NCBI GenBank assembly: GCA_035513775.1
Contig: DATKBR010000078.1
Coordinates: forward strand, 3,551 to 67,550
DNA: 64,000 bases
From: Candidatus Limnocylindria bacterium
GTDB taxonomy: Bacteria > Chloroflexota > Limnocylindria > Limnocylindrales > CSP1-4
Direction: 5' to 3'
Shown here: in pieces, positions 18,790 through 27,703 of the stretch
How the letters are laid out: each line of letters opens with the position of its first letter
How positions within the stretch are numbered: the stretch's first letter is position 1
Made by a program: the position numbers and the translations under genes
Notes under the pieces: model-generated
The model's input: the letters and a program-made list of their open reading frames with translations, nothing else
What the model was told of the DNA's origin: nothing
Database searches by the model: none

Positions 18790-19918
18790 GAATTGGGATA
18801 GGGATCGCGACCCTGGGCCGAACCATCCGCTCGTACAACGCCTCGTAGCTGTCCGTCATCCGGACCGCGGAGAACCGCCCTACGACGCGCTCACGGATCC
18901 CGGCCCTGTCCAGCCCCTCGATCCGATCCGCGTAGAAGGCGAGGGCCGCGACATCGTCGCCGAAGAACCCGTCGACACCCTCCCGGATGATCTCCGGCAG
19001 CGCGCCCACGCGACGTGCCAGCACGGGCGTCCCGCAGGCAAGCGACTCGATGCTCACGAGCCCGAACGGCTCGGGCCATGCGCCGGGCATCACGGTCGCG
19101 GCGCTCTCCGCGAAGAGCTGGTCGCGCTCGGCAGGCTCGATCTCGCCGAGGAACTCGACAGACGACCCCGCCTTCGCAAGGGCCGGCTTGAATACGTCCT
19201 GGTAGTACGCCATCTGGCTCGGGACGTTGCCTATCTTCGCCGCGATCCGGAGGCGCCGCCCGGCGCGCCGGGCGACCTCCATCGCCTCGATCACCCCCTT
19301 CTCGGGGTCGATCCGGCCGACGAAGCACAGGTCGTCGCCGGGGTGGTCGACGAACGGCGCGTTTTCGAGGCTCAGGCCGTTGTGGATGATCGTCCAGGGC
19401 ACGGCGGGGTGAGTGCTCGCCTGGTGCCGGCTGATCGCGACCATGCCCTCCGGGGGATCGCCGAGGAGTCGATCGGCCTCCGGCAGGTCCAGCCGGCCGT
19501 GGAACGTCGAGACGACGGGAGCGGATGAGGCCCGGGCGAGGGGCAACGACCACCACTCGAGGTGCGAGTGGATGACGTCGAACTCGGTGGCCAGCTCGGT
19601 CACAGCCCGCACCGTCGACGCGAACAACGGCCTGGCGTCGGCCTCGATGCCGGCAGGACGCAGCGCCGTGTCGACCGTCGGGATGAGGCGACACGGGACG
19701 TCGGAGTCGCCGCTCGCGAAGACGGTAACGTCATGGCCGCGACGGACAAGCTCCGAGGTCAGCTCGTGGATGACTCGCTCCGTCCCGCCATATGCCAGCG
19801 GCGGGACGCGTTCAAGCGGTGGCGCCACCTGCGCGATTCGCAGCGGGCGCGCGGTCCTCGCGGCTGCCGTGCCGGTTCGCGGCATGGCCCCGCGGGGATC
19901 GCTCTCGTCAGCCGTCAC
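18761..19918 (-). CDS. GT4-family glycosyltransferase
   Basis: GT-B fold signatures (TFHG, EPFGLVSIESLACGTPV). AGGAGGG RBS 5 nt upstream of the GTG start at 19916-19918. Confidence 0.75.
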   Translation of the reverse strand: MTADESDPRGAMPRTGTAAARTARPLRIAQVAPPLERVPPLAYGGTERVIHELTSELVRRGHDVTVFASGDSDVPCRLIPTVDTALRPAGIEADARPLFASTVRAVTELATEFDVIHSHLEWWSLPLARASSAPVVSTFHGRLDLPEADRLLGDPPEGMVAISRHQASTHPAVPWTIIHNGLSLENAPFVDHPGDDLCFVGRIDPEKGVIEAMEVARRAGRRLRIAAKIGNVPSQMAYYQDVFKPALAKAGSSVEFLGEIEPAERDQLFAESAATVMPGAWPEPFGLVSIESLACGTPVLARRVGALPEIIREGVDGFFGDDVAALAFYADRIEGLDRAGIRERVVGRFSAVRMTDSYEALYERMVRPRVAIPIPIRGDRVGAGT

Positions 19919-20199
19919 TAGGCCCTCCTGTGGTTCGGGCCCGTTGCTGGAATCCGCCCGTCCGTGGAGAGCCTATGCCCGGGCGCGTGCCGCGCCCGGT
20001 AGCCGTTGCGGCGCGCGCGTGGCAGGTTCATATCGGGGCTTCATTTCGAGGCGACCAGCGTCTCGCCCCGTTCCAGCCCCGATGCGGTGTAATGCATATG
20101 CAACGTCGTTGCAATGTCTGAGCGCCATCGGCGGCACGCCCGGATCGAGAGAATCGCGCTGACAACTCAGCTCAGGCAAGCCCAGGGAGGGCCCCTACA

Positions 20200-20955
20200 G
20201 TGTCGACCCAACCGCTCGTTCTCGTCGCTGACGATGAACCGAGAATCACCAAGCTCGTATCGATTGCCCTCTCGGAGGAGGGCTTTCGGGTCGTCACCGC
20301 CAACGGCGGCGAGCAGGCGCTCCAGAAGGCGGAGGAGGTCCGGCCGGACATCGTCCTGCTCGACATCGTCATGCCCGACCTCGATGGCATCGAAGTCATG
20401 CGCCAGCTTCGCGAGCGCCGGCCCGTGCCGGTGATCCTGCTGACCGCCAAGGGCTCGACGGCCGACAAGGCCAAGGGCCTGGACCTCGGCGCCGACGACT
20501 ACATCGCCAAGCCGTTCCACCCGGACGAGCTGGCCGCGCGCGTCCGCGCGGTCATCCGTCGATCCGGCGGCGCCGAGCCCGGTGCCGGCGTCATCAAGTT
20601 CGACGACGTCGAGATCGATCTCGAGCGGCGCATGGTCACCCGTGACGGCGAGCTGGTGCAGCTGTCCCGCACGGAGTGGCTGCTGCTACAGCACCTCGCG
20701 GCGAACGCCGGCAAGGTCGTCCTCCACACGGAGCTCCTGACCAAGGTCTGGGGACCGGAGTACCGGGACGACCTCCAGTACCTCCGCGTGTGGGTCAGCC
20801 GCGTGCGCCGCAAGCTCGGCGCCGCGCCCGGCGAGCCGGGTCGGATTCGCACCTTCCAGGGCATCGGCTACCTGCTCGATGTCGAGGGTGCGACCGCCAA
20901 GCGCGAGCCCGCAGCGGACGTGCCCGAGCGCGAGTCGCCTGCGCTCATCGGCTAA
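20200..20955 (+). CDS. OmpR/PhoB-family response regulator (KdpE-like), apparently orphan
   Basis: REC domain (LVADDEP...D...LLTAKG...K) plus a winged-helix domain (YLRVWVSRVRRKLG...IRTFQGIGY). GGAGGG RBS before the GTG at 20200. No histidine kinase is adjacent. Confidence 0.8.
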   Translation: MSTQPLVLVADDEPRITKLVSIALSEEGFRVVTANGGEQALQKAEEVRPDIVLLDIVMPDLDGIEVMRQLRERRPVPVILLTAKGSTADKAKGLDLGADDYIAKPFHPDELAARVRAVIRRSGGAEPGAGVIKFDDVEIDLERRMVTRDGELVQLSRTEWLLLQHLAANAGKVVLHTELLTKVWGPEYRDDLQYLRVWVSRVRRKLGAAPGEPGRIRTFQGIGYLLDVEGATAKREPAADVPERESPALIG

Positions 20956-21106
20956 CTGGTGCCGGACCGCCGGGGCGGTCCGAGTTGCCTGAACCAATCG
21001 GGGGCGGGGTGGCTGCCCGCGGCGATGCGACGGCCACCCCGATCTGATTCCCTCCGGGGCCCGATGGCGCCCTACTGCGCGAGTGCACCCCAAGCGCTCC
21101 CGCGCT

Positions 21107-21140
21107 CAAGTGCTCGAGTGCTCGAGTGCTCGAGTGCCGC
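21107..21140. repeat. 8-bp tandem repeat (AGTGCTCG)x~4
   Basis: caAGTGCTCGAGTGCTCGAGTGCTCGAGTGCCGc in the convergent intergenic region between the response regulator and moaE. Confidence 0.8.
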
Positions 21141-21190
21141 GATCGGGCCAAAGTGCGCCACGTTGCCGTCTGAGAGGTTGACGAGGCGGC

Positions 21191-21718
21191 TCAGCCGGAG
21201 GCCGGTCCTTCCCTCGCCGGCTCGCCTATCCAGACATGGCCGTCTTCGAAGCGTTCCGCTTTCCAGATGGGGGCCCGCGCCTTCGTCTCGTCGATGGCAT
21301 ACCGGGCAGCGGCGAACGCGGCGTCACGATGCGGCGCGCAGGCCGCGATTGCCACCGACGCTTCACCCAGCGGCACTTCGCCGGTCCGGTGGACGATCGC
21401 CAGCCGCGTCACCCCGAACCGCGCCGCGATCTCGTCGGCGATCTCCGCCATGACGCGGAGCGCCATCTCGGGCAGCGCCTCGTACTCGAGCGCCTTGACC
21501 ACCCGACCGGCGTGGCGCGCCGCGTCGGCCTCCTGGCCGGGTGCCGGCGTGCCGGGTGAGCGCCGGGTCACCCCGAGGAACCCAACGACAGCCCCGTCGT
21601 CGAGGGTCGCGAGCCGCTCGACGAGCTCTGTGAGCACCTCCGGCCCGATGGCGTCCTCGCGCAGCTCCAGGATCCGGAGGGCATCGCCGGGGGTGCCGGC
21701 GGCGCCGCCCCTGCTCAC
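21191..21718 (-). CDS. moaE: Molybdopterin synthase catalytic subunit MoaE
   Basis: MoaE-like core LRILELREDAIGPEVLTELVERLA...GFLGVTRR...AIVHRTGEVPLGEASVAIAACAPHR. GTG start at 21716-21718 overlaps the moaD TGA (GTGA). Confidence 0.75.
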   Translation of the reverse strand: MSRGGAAGTPGDALRILELREDAIGPEVLTELVERLATLDDGAVVGFLGVTRRSPGTPAPGQEADAARHAGRVVKALEYEALPEMALRVMAEIADEIAARFGVTRLAIVHRTGEVPLGEASVAIAACAPHRDAAFAAARYAIDETKARAPIWKAERFEDGHVWIGEPAREGPASG

Positions 21719-21981
21719 CGACGGCCTCCACTGACCGGCGGGATCATCGCGACCTCGTCGCCGTCCGCCAGGCGCGTCTCCGCCGGGGCGTAGTCGGCGT
21801 TCCGCGCGAAGCGGACGGTGGGCCGCCCGGGGGCAAGCGCGGGAAAGCGCGCCACGAGCGCCTGCCAGGCGTCGTCGATTGTCGACCCGCCCGGCAGCTC
21901 CAGCTCCACCTGGCGCGTGCCGGCGAGCTCGCGCTGCATCGCGAACAGGCGGATGCGCACTCGAACGACCGGCGGGGTCAC
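21715..21981 (-). CDS. moaD: MoaD/ThiS-family sulfur-carrier protein with C-terminal GG followed by RR
   Basis: 88 aa from the GTG at 21979-21981, which overlaps the TGA of the upstream methyltransferase (GTGA). Ubiquitin-like fold signature VRVRIRLFA...GDEVAMIPPVSGG, then RR and stop. Confidence 0.65.
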   Translation of the reverse strand: MTPPVVRVRIRLFAMQRELAGTRQVELELPGGSTIDDAWQALVARFPALAPGRPTVRFARNADYAPAETRLADGDEVAMIPPVSGGRR

Positions 21982-22643
21982 GGTCGGAGCGTCGCCACGA
22001 GCAGGCCGTCGCCGATGGGCAGGATCGTCGTCTCGAAGGCAGGGTCGGCGCCGACGCGGGCGCAGAACTCGCGCAGGGCCTCCGTGCCGTCTCCCGCGCG
22101 CGACGACCTGGACCCGGACGTCCGGCCGCTCCACAGGACGTTGTCCGCGACGACGAGCGCACCCGGTTCCAGGCGATCCATGAGCGCGCCCAGGTAGGCG
22201 AGGTACTCGTCCTTCAAAGCGTCGATGAAGACCATGTCGAACGGGCCGGCCAGCTCCGCTCGCTCGCCCGCGAAGGACTCCAGCGCCGGTGCGTTGACCA
22301 CCGAGATCCGGGAGTCGGGCAGGCCGGCGCTCCGCCAGAAGGCACGCGCCCGGTCCGTGCGTTCCTGGTCGGGGTCGATCGTCACGATCGTGCCGCCCGG
22401 GGGCAGCGCGAGGCCCATCCACAGGGTGGAGTAGCCGATCGCAGTCCCGACCTCCACGACTCGTCGCCGGCTCGCGGCGAGCACGGCCAGCATCCGGCCG
22501 CTATCGCGGCTCAGGATCGGGATTTGCTCCGGCTCGGCGGCCGCCTCCATCTCGGCCAAGACCGGGTGCAGAGGGCGGCTGGTCGCCTCGATCCAGTCGA
22601 GATCGGCCTGGGCCGGGGACCATCCGCGGTCGCTTCGTGCCAT
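21978..22643 (-). CDS. Class I SAM-dependent O-methyltransferase (caffeoyl-CoA OMT-like, family 3)
   Basis: VVEVGTAIGYSTLWM (motif I), DMVFIDALKDEY and VVADNVLW. GGAGG RBS before the ATG at 22641-22643. Confidence 0.75.
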   Translation of the reverse strand: MARSDRGWSPAQADLDWIEATSRPLHPVLAEMEAAAEPEQIPILSRDSGRMLAVLAASRRRVVEVGTAIGYSTLWMGLALPPGGTIVTIDPDQERTDRARAFWRSAGLPDSRISVVNAPALESFAGERAELAGPFDMVFIDALKDEYLAYLGALMDRLEPGALVVADNVLWSGRTSGSRSSRAGDGTEALREFCARVGADPAFETTILPIGDGLLVATLRP

Positions 22644-22698
22644 GTCGCTCAGCCTCCGATGAACGTGTGATCCGCGGTGACGCTGCGGCAGCAGGTGC

Positions 22699-23535
22699 TC
22701 AGACGAGCAGCCCCGCCCCGAAGTACAGCCCGGCGGCGAGAATCGTGCCGGACGCGATGGTGCCGATGTTGATGTAGAGCAGCCCTGTCGCCGATTCCAT
22801 CGATCGCGTGCGCGCGGTCTGGATCGCGGCCCAGCTCACGACGAGGGGGAAAACCAGGCCGACGAGCAGGCGCAGCCAGACGAAGAGCGCCCAGTCCCCC
22901 GTCAGCGCGCCGAAGGCCGGCGTGCCCTCCGGGCCAGCGCCGAGCCCGGTCCAGAGCACGAACAGGACTACCTGCGCGGCAAGGACGAAGGTCAGCCAGC
23001 GAGCAAAACGGACGAGCGGCGCCTCCGGCAGTCGCGGCGTAACGAGATACCAGTGTCCGAGGACCATGGCCGCCCAGACGCCGCCGAGAGCGACGGACAG
23101 TGCGACCAGCTGAACGAACAGGAGCAGCGGGGCGAGCGGGCTGAGTGGCGCCTCGAAGAACGCCGCTGACACGAGGACGGCGGCCGCCGCGACGAGCCCG
23201 GCGACCGCGACCGGCGTCGCGCGGCTGCCGCGGCGAAGGAAGATCGCATACACCAATGCCACTATCGAGAGGGCAGGCAGCGCCAGCCCACGCACCCACT
23301 GCCAGGCGAGGGCGTCGGGGGGTGCCCCGCCGGTGACCTGGGGCAGTCCCGCGTTGGACGCGGCCGCGAGCGCGGCGAAGACAGCCGCGGTGAACGACGT
23401 GAAAGCGAGGTAGCCGCGCGTCGCGTCGGTCCGGAAGCGACCCGCGACGACGAACAGGAACGTCCCGACGCCGAGGGCGGTCAGGACGGTCCAGTTGATG
23501 TACGGCAGGCTCTCGGCGATCCGCTCGGGAGGCAC
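22699..23535 (-). CDS. Polytopic integral membrane protein, hypothetical
   Basis: 278 aa with ~8 predicted hydrophobic helices and no family assignment. Confidence 0.55.
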   Translation of the reverse strand: MPPERIAESLPYINWTVLTALGVGTFLFVVAGRFRTDATRGYLAFTSFTAAVFAALAAASNAGLPQVTGGAPPDALAWQWVRGLALPALSIVALVYAIFLRRGSRATPVAVAGLVAAAAVLVSAAFFEAPLSPLAPLLLFVQLVALSVALGGVWAAMVLGHWYLVTPRLPEAPLVRFARWLTFVLAAQVVLFVLWTGLGAGPEGTPAFGALTGDWALFVWLRLLVGLVFPLVVSWAAIQTARTRSMESATGLLYINIGTIASGTILAAGLYFGAGLLV

Positions 23536-23614
23536 GTCGGCGAGTGTAGCCGCGGGTGCTGAGCGAACCGCCGAGCGGCCTGGCCGGCCTCAGCCGGGAA
23601 GGCTCAGCGAACCC

Positions 23615-24091
23615 CTACTTGTAGCGGGACGGGAACCAGGGCCCCGAGTCGATGAATTTCCACGGCGAGATCCGGTACGACCCGCTGCGCCATGGGTAGC
23701 CACGCCAGACGGAGATGTGCAGGTGCGGCCCGGTGGTGCAGCCACTCGCGCCGACGCGGCCGAGCATCTTGTCCCGGGTGATGTACTTGCCCTTCCACAC
23801 GTACTCGGTGCTGAGGTGGTGGTAGGCGGAATACAGCCCGTTCCCGTGGTAGACGTAGACCTGGAGGCCGCCGCAGTTGCTCTTCCTGCCTGCGTAGGCA
23901 ACCGTGCCTCGTCGCATCGGGATGACCGGGGTGCCCTTGTACGAGGCGATGTCGTAGGCCTTGTGCTTGCTGTGGTAGCCCTGGCTCACGTACGACTTGG
24001 TGTTCTTGACGGGCCACTGGGCCGAGGCGGCCGCTGGCAGGAGGAAGGTGACGGCGAGAGCAACCGTCATTACCCGGATGGATTTGCGCAT
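23615..24091 (-). CDS. Secreted M23-family (LytM) peptidase
   Basis: Signal peptide MRKSIRVMTVALAVTFLLPAAASA, M23 motifs HKAYD and GCTTGPHLHISV. Start is either M34 or M41 of the track ORF. Confidence 0.75.
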   Translation of the reverse strand: MRKSIRVMTVALAVTFLLPAAASAQWPVKNTKSYVSQGYHSKHKAYDIASYKGTPVIPMRRGTVAYAGRKSNCGGLQVYVYHGNGLYSAYHHLSTEYVWKGKYITRDKMLGRVGASGCTTGPHLHISVWRGYPWRSGSYRISPWKFIDSGPWFPSRYK

Positions 24092-24367
24092 AAGCAGTTT
24101 GTGGGCACGCCGGAGCGCTGCCCGTGCTCCTTTCTTCCTGGAGCCCCTCGGTGGCGAAGGGCAACGATGCTGATTTCCGTTTGGGGGCACGCGGCCTCAG
24201 GCGGCGCGAAACCACGACGGGGTTTTGCTGGGAGATCTCCCACCGACGGCGGGGACCGTGGCGACTGGGTCGCACTCGGGAGTCAGGGGGCAGTGTGGCA
24301 GGCAATTCGCCATCTGTCTGTAACACCTTTGGGGTAGACCGATACGATTACGGCGGAGGTGTGGCGC

Positions 24368-25099
24368 ATGGACACGGGTGGCGGGACGGCGATCACGTGG
24401 TATGGGCACGCGTGCATCGAGCTGGTGACGCCGGGCGGCGTGACAGTCCTGTTCGACCCGTGGTTCGCGAACCCGGCCAGTCCACAGGCGCCGGAGACCG
24501 TCGACCGGTGCGAGCTGATGCTGGTCAGCCACGGTCACGCCGACCACATCGGAAACGCGATCCCGATTGCCAGCCGGACGCGGCCGCAGTGGCCGGCGAT
24601 GCACGAGCTCACCCTGTGGCTGAGCAGCGTCTACTCCGCGCCCGAGGACGTGATCGGCATGAACAAGGGCGGCACCCTCGAGACGTGCGGCCTTCGGGTG
24701 ACGATGACCTCGGCGGATCATTCGGCGGGCGATTGGGACAACGCGGCGGGCGCCCCGCGCTACCTCGGTGAGCCGGCCGGCTTCGTCGTCGAGCTGGAGG
24801 ATGGCAGCCGCGTCTACTTCGCCGGCGACACGAACGTCTTCGGTGACATGCGCCTCATCGGCGATCTGTACCGGCCGGACATCGCGATCCTGCCGATCGG
24901 CGGGCACTACACGATGGGTCCGCGCGAGGCGGCGCTCGCGATCGAGCTGCTCGGCGTCCGCGAGGTCCTGCCGATCCACTACGGCACGTTCCCGATCCTC
25001 GCCGGCACGCCGGGCCAGCTCCGCGACGAGCTCGCCGCGCGCTCCATGCCCGATGTCCGCGTCCACGCCCTGGAGCCCGGGCAGACGATCCGGCGCTGA
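24368..25099 (+). CDS. MBL-fold metal-dependent hydrolase (UPF0173 type)
   Basis: HGHADH motif and C-terminal Asp/His ligands. GGAGG RBS 9 nt upstream of the ATG at 24368. Confidence 0.75.
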   Translation: MDTGGGTAITWYGHACIELVTPGGVTVLFDPWFANPASPQAPETVDRCELMLVSHGHADHIGNAIPIASRTRPQWPAMHELTLWLSSVYSAPEDVIGMNKGGTLETCGLRVTMTSADHSAGDWDNAAGAPRYLGEPAGFVVELEDGSRVYFAGDTNVFGDMRLIGDLYRPDIAILPIGGHYTMGPREAALAIELLGVREVLPIHYGTFPILAGTPGQLRDELAARSMPDVRVHALEPGQTIRR

Positions 25100-25210
25100 T
25101 CGGCGGCGGAAGGCCTGACCCGAGCGTCAGGGTCGGTGCGGGACGAACGGGTAGGTGTGGATGGGTGCGCGCTGGGGCCTTATGGGCCCACAACGACGCC
25201 CAGAGGCCGC

Positions 25211-27646
25211 ATGCACCCAGACTCTCCGCATCACGACGTCACTCGCGATCCGATCCTGGACGGCCGCGACAGCCTGCGGCTCGTCAAGCTTCGCCTCGGG
25301 CTGACCCTTATTGCAGTCGCGATCCTGCCGATCGCGGCCGTCTCGCCGCTCGTCCGCGCCGTCGCCGAGGAGGCGCGCGTCGCGCATCACGAGCGCCTCG
25401 CCGATCAGGCTGCGACCGCCGTCATCGAGCTGGAGCGCGAGATCTCCTCGATCCGCGCAGCCGGCCGGTCCCTGCTTGAGGACCCGGCCATCGTCGCCGC
25501 CGCCCGCGGCGACGCGTCGGCAACTGAACGCCAGCGAGCCACCGCTCGCCTCGAGGACTACGTCGGCCGTCCCTCGGGGTCATTGACCTCCGCGACGCTG
25601 CTGGCGGGCGACGGCGTCGTGGCTGCATTCGGACCGAAGCTCGACCTCAAGGCGCTGCCGCCGGAGCTCATCGTCAACGGCCTCGTCGCGGTTCGTCGCG
25701 ATGGCGGCCAGCAGATCCTCGTCGTGGAGACCAGTCGCGTTCGCGCCAAGCCGCCGCGGACGATCGTGAGCACGATCCACATGCCTGCATTGCTCGCCGG
25801 CGCGACCCCGGACGTTCAGATGCCCGGTCGCGTCCTGCGGATCACCGATGGGACGGGCCTTCTCATCGCCGAATCGGAGGGTCCCTTCGATCCAAGCGCC
25901 CTGCCGGGCGAGATGCTCGACCTGGCCACGATGGCCGCCCACGACGCGGACGGGCGGGCGGCGATCGAGCTGGTGGGCCTCACCGGCTGGGAGATGGTCG
26001 TGTCCGGGCCAATGCCACTTGTCGCCATACCCGTCCAGGCACTGAGCGCGCTCGGCGCGATGCTGGTGCTCCTGGGCGTGTTCACGGTCTGGATGGCCCG
26101 CCAGATCCTGCGTCCTGCCGCCCAGCTGGAAGCGTCCCGGTCGCACCTTCGCGAGCTGTACGAGAGCGCCCGCGAAGCCGCCCTGCGCGACAGCCTCACC
26201 GGGCTCGGCAATCACCGGGCTTTCCAGGAGGCCGTGGCGCGCATGGTCGAAGGCGCCCGGCGCTATGGCACCGCATTCTCACTCGTGCTGATCGACATCG
26301 ACGAGTTCAAGCGCATCAACGACACGCGGGGCCACGCGGTCGGCGATCAGCTCCTGGCCGAGGTCGGGTCGCTAATCAGCTCGGCCGTTCGCCACACTGA
26401 TTCCGCGTTCCGCGTCGGTGGCGACGAGTTCGCGCTGCTCCTTCCACACACCGACGTGGGCGGCGCGATCGTTCTCGCGCGACGCCTGCTGGCGCACGGC
26501 CTCGAGGATCGCGTCCACGGCGAGTACCGCGCGCCCATCTCGTTCTCCGCGGGTGTCACTTCGTGCCCCGAGTTCGGCACGACCCGGCTGGAGATCACGG
26601 CCCAGGCCGACGCGGCGTTGTACCGCGGGAAGCGGACCGGCCGGACGGTCGTCACGATCTACGACCCGGAGAAGGACCACGGCCACGTCGACGAGGGCAT
26701 GCGCGCCGAGCTGTCCAGCGCGATCACGGCGGTCATCGAGGCGGGCACGCTGACGCCCGTCTACCAGCCGATCGTGGATCTCTCCAGCGGCCGGGTCATC
26801 GGCTACGAGGGCCTGGTTCGCGTGCCGCCCGAATCGACGTTCGCCCATGCGGGCGCACTCTTCGACGCCGCCGAGGTGGCGGGACGGGTGCACGACCTCG
26901 ATCGAGCGGCCCTCGACATCGTGCTCCGCGGCGCCCACAGCCTGGCGGACTCGGTCACGCTCAGCGTGAACGTCTCGCCGCGGACCCTCGAGTCGGCGGA
27001 GTTCAGCGCAACGACCTTCCTCTCGATCCTGCGCCGCCACGGGATGCCGCCGGGCCGCGTGGTGCTGGAGCTGACGGAGCGCGAGGCCATCCGCGACCCG
27101 GAGCGCCTTCGCCTCGCGCTGCGAGGAGTGCAGAACGCCGGCGTGCGCGTCGCCGCCGACGACGTGGGAGCCGGCAACGCAGGCCTGCGCCTCCTGAGCC
27201 AGTTCCAATTTGACGTGGTCAAGATCGACCTCTCGCTGGTCCAGCGCGGGGGCGACGACAAGACCCACTCCGTGCTGCGGTCCCTCGTCGAGATGGCCGA
27301 CCGCCTCGGCGCGACGACGATCGCGGAGGGCGTCGAGACCTCCGGCCAGCTGCGCACCGCTCGTCGGCTCGGGATCACCGCCGGCCAGGGCTACCTTCTC
27401 GGGCGGCCCGGCGCGGACCGCGACCTCCCGTGGGTGGACATCGCGGCCCTCGAGCAACGCGACGACGTGCCGATCCCCGTAACCGCTGACCTTGCCGACC
27501 AGCGCGCCGAGCACGTCCGCTGGGATCCCATGCCGACGTTAGACCCGGATCTGGAGGCGCCGCCCGAACGCTCCGGCGGCCCGCTCGCCGCCGTTCGCCG
27601 CCGGTCGATGACCCTGCTTCGGGCGACCCGCCGGGTCGAGGAGTAG
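25211..27646 (+). CDS. Membrane sensor diguanylate cyclase/phosphodiesterase (GGDEF + EAL)
   Basis: Two TM segments flank a periplasmic-type sensor region. GGDEF motif RVGGDEFALLLP. EAL-domain motifs EGLVR, ELTERE, DDVGAG, KIDLSLV and IAEGVETSGQ. Confidence 0.8.
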   Translation: MHPDSPHHDVTRDPILDGRDSLRLVKLRLGLTLIAVAILPIAAVSPLVRAVAEEARVAHHERLADQAATAVIELEREISSIRAAGRSLLEDPAIVAAARGDASATERQRATARLEDYVGRPSGSLTSATLLAGDGVVAAFGPKLDLKALPPELIVNGLVAVRRDGGQQILVVETSRVRAKPPRTIVSTIHMPALLAGATPDVQMPGRVLRITDGTGLLIAESEGPFDPSALPGEMLDLATMAAHDADGRAAIELVGLTGWEMVVSGPMPLVAIPVQALSALGAMLVLLGVFTVWMARQILRPAAQLEASRSHLRELYESAREAALRDSLTGLGNHRAFQEAVARMVEGARRYGTAFSLVLIDIDEFKRINDTRGHAVGDQLLAEVGSLISSAVRHTDSAFRVGGDEFALLLPHTDVGGAIVLARRLLAHGLEDRVHGEYRAPISFSAGVTSCPEFGTTRLEITAQADAALYRGKRTGRTVVTIYDPEKDHGHVDEGMRAELSSAITAVIEAGTLTPVYQPIVDLSSGRVIGYEGLVRVPPESTFAHAGALFDAAEVAGRVHDLDRAALDIVLRGAHSLADSVTLSVNVSPRTLESAEFSATTFLSILRRHGMPPGRVVLELTEREAIRDPERLRLALRGVQNAGVRVAADDVGAGNAGLRLLSQFQFDVVKIDLSLVQRGGDDKTHSVLRSLVEMADRLGATTIAEGVETSGQLRTARRLGITAGQGYLLGRPGADRDLPWVDIAALEQRDDVPIPVTADLADQRAEHVRWDPMPTLDPDLEAPPERSGGPLAAVRRRSMTLLRATRRVEE

Positions 27647-27703
27647 CCCGAGGGCGGGTCCGGCCGAGCTCGTCAGCTCGTCAGCGCGTCGGCTCGAAGA
27701 TCG

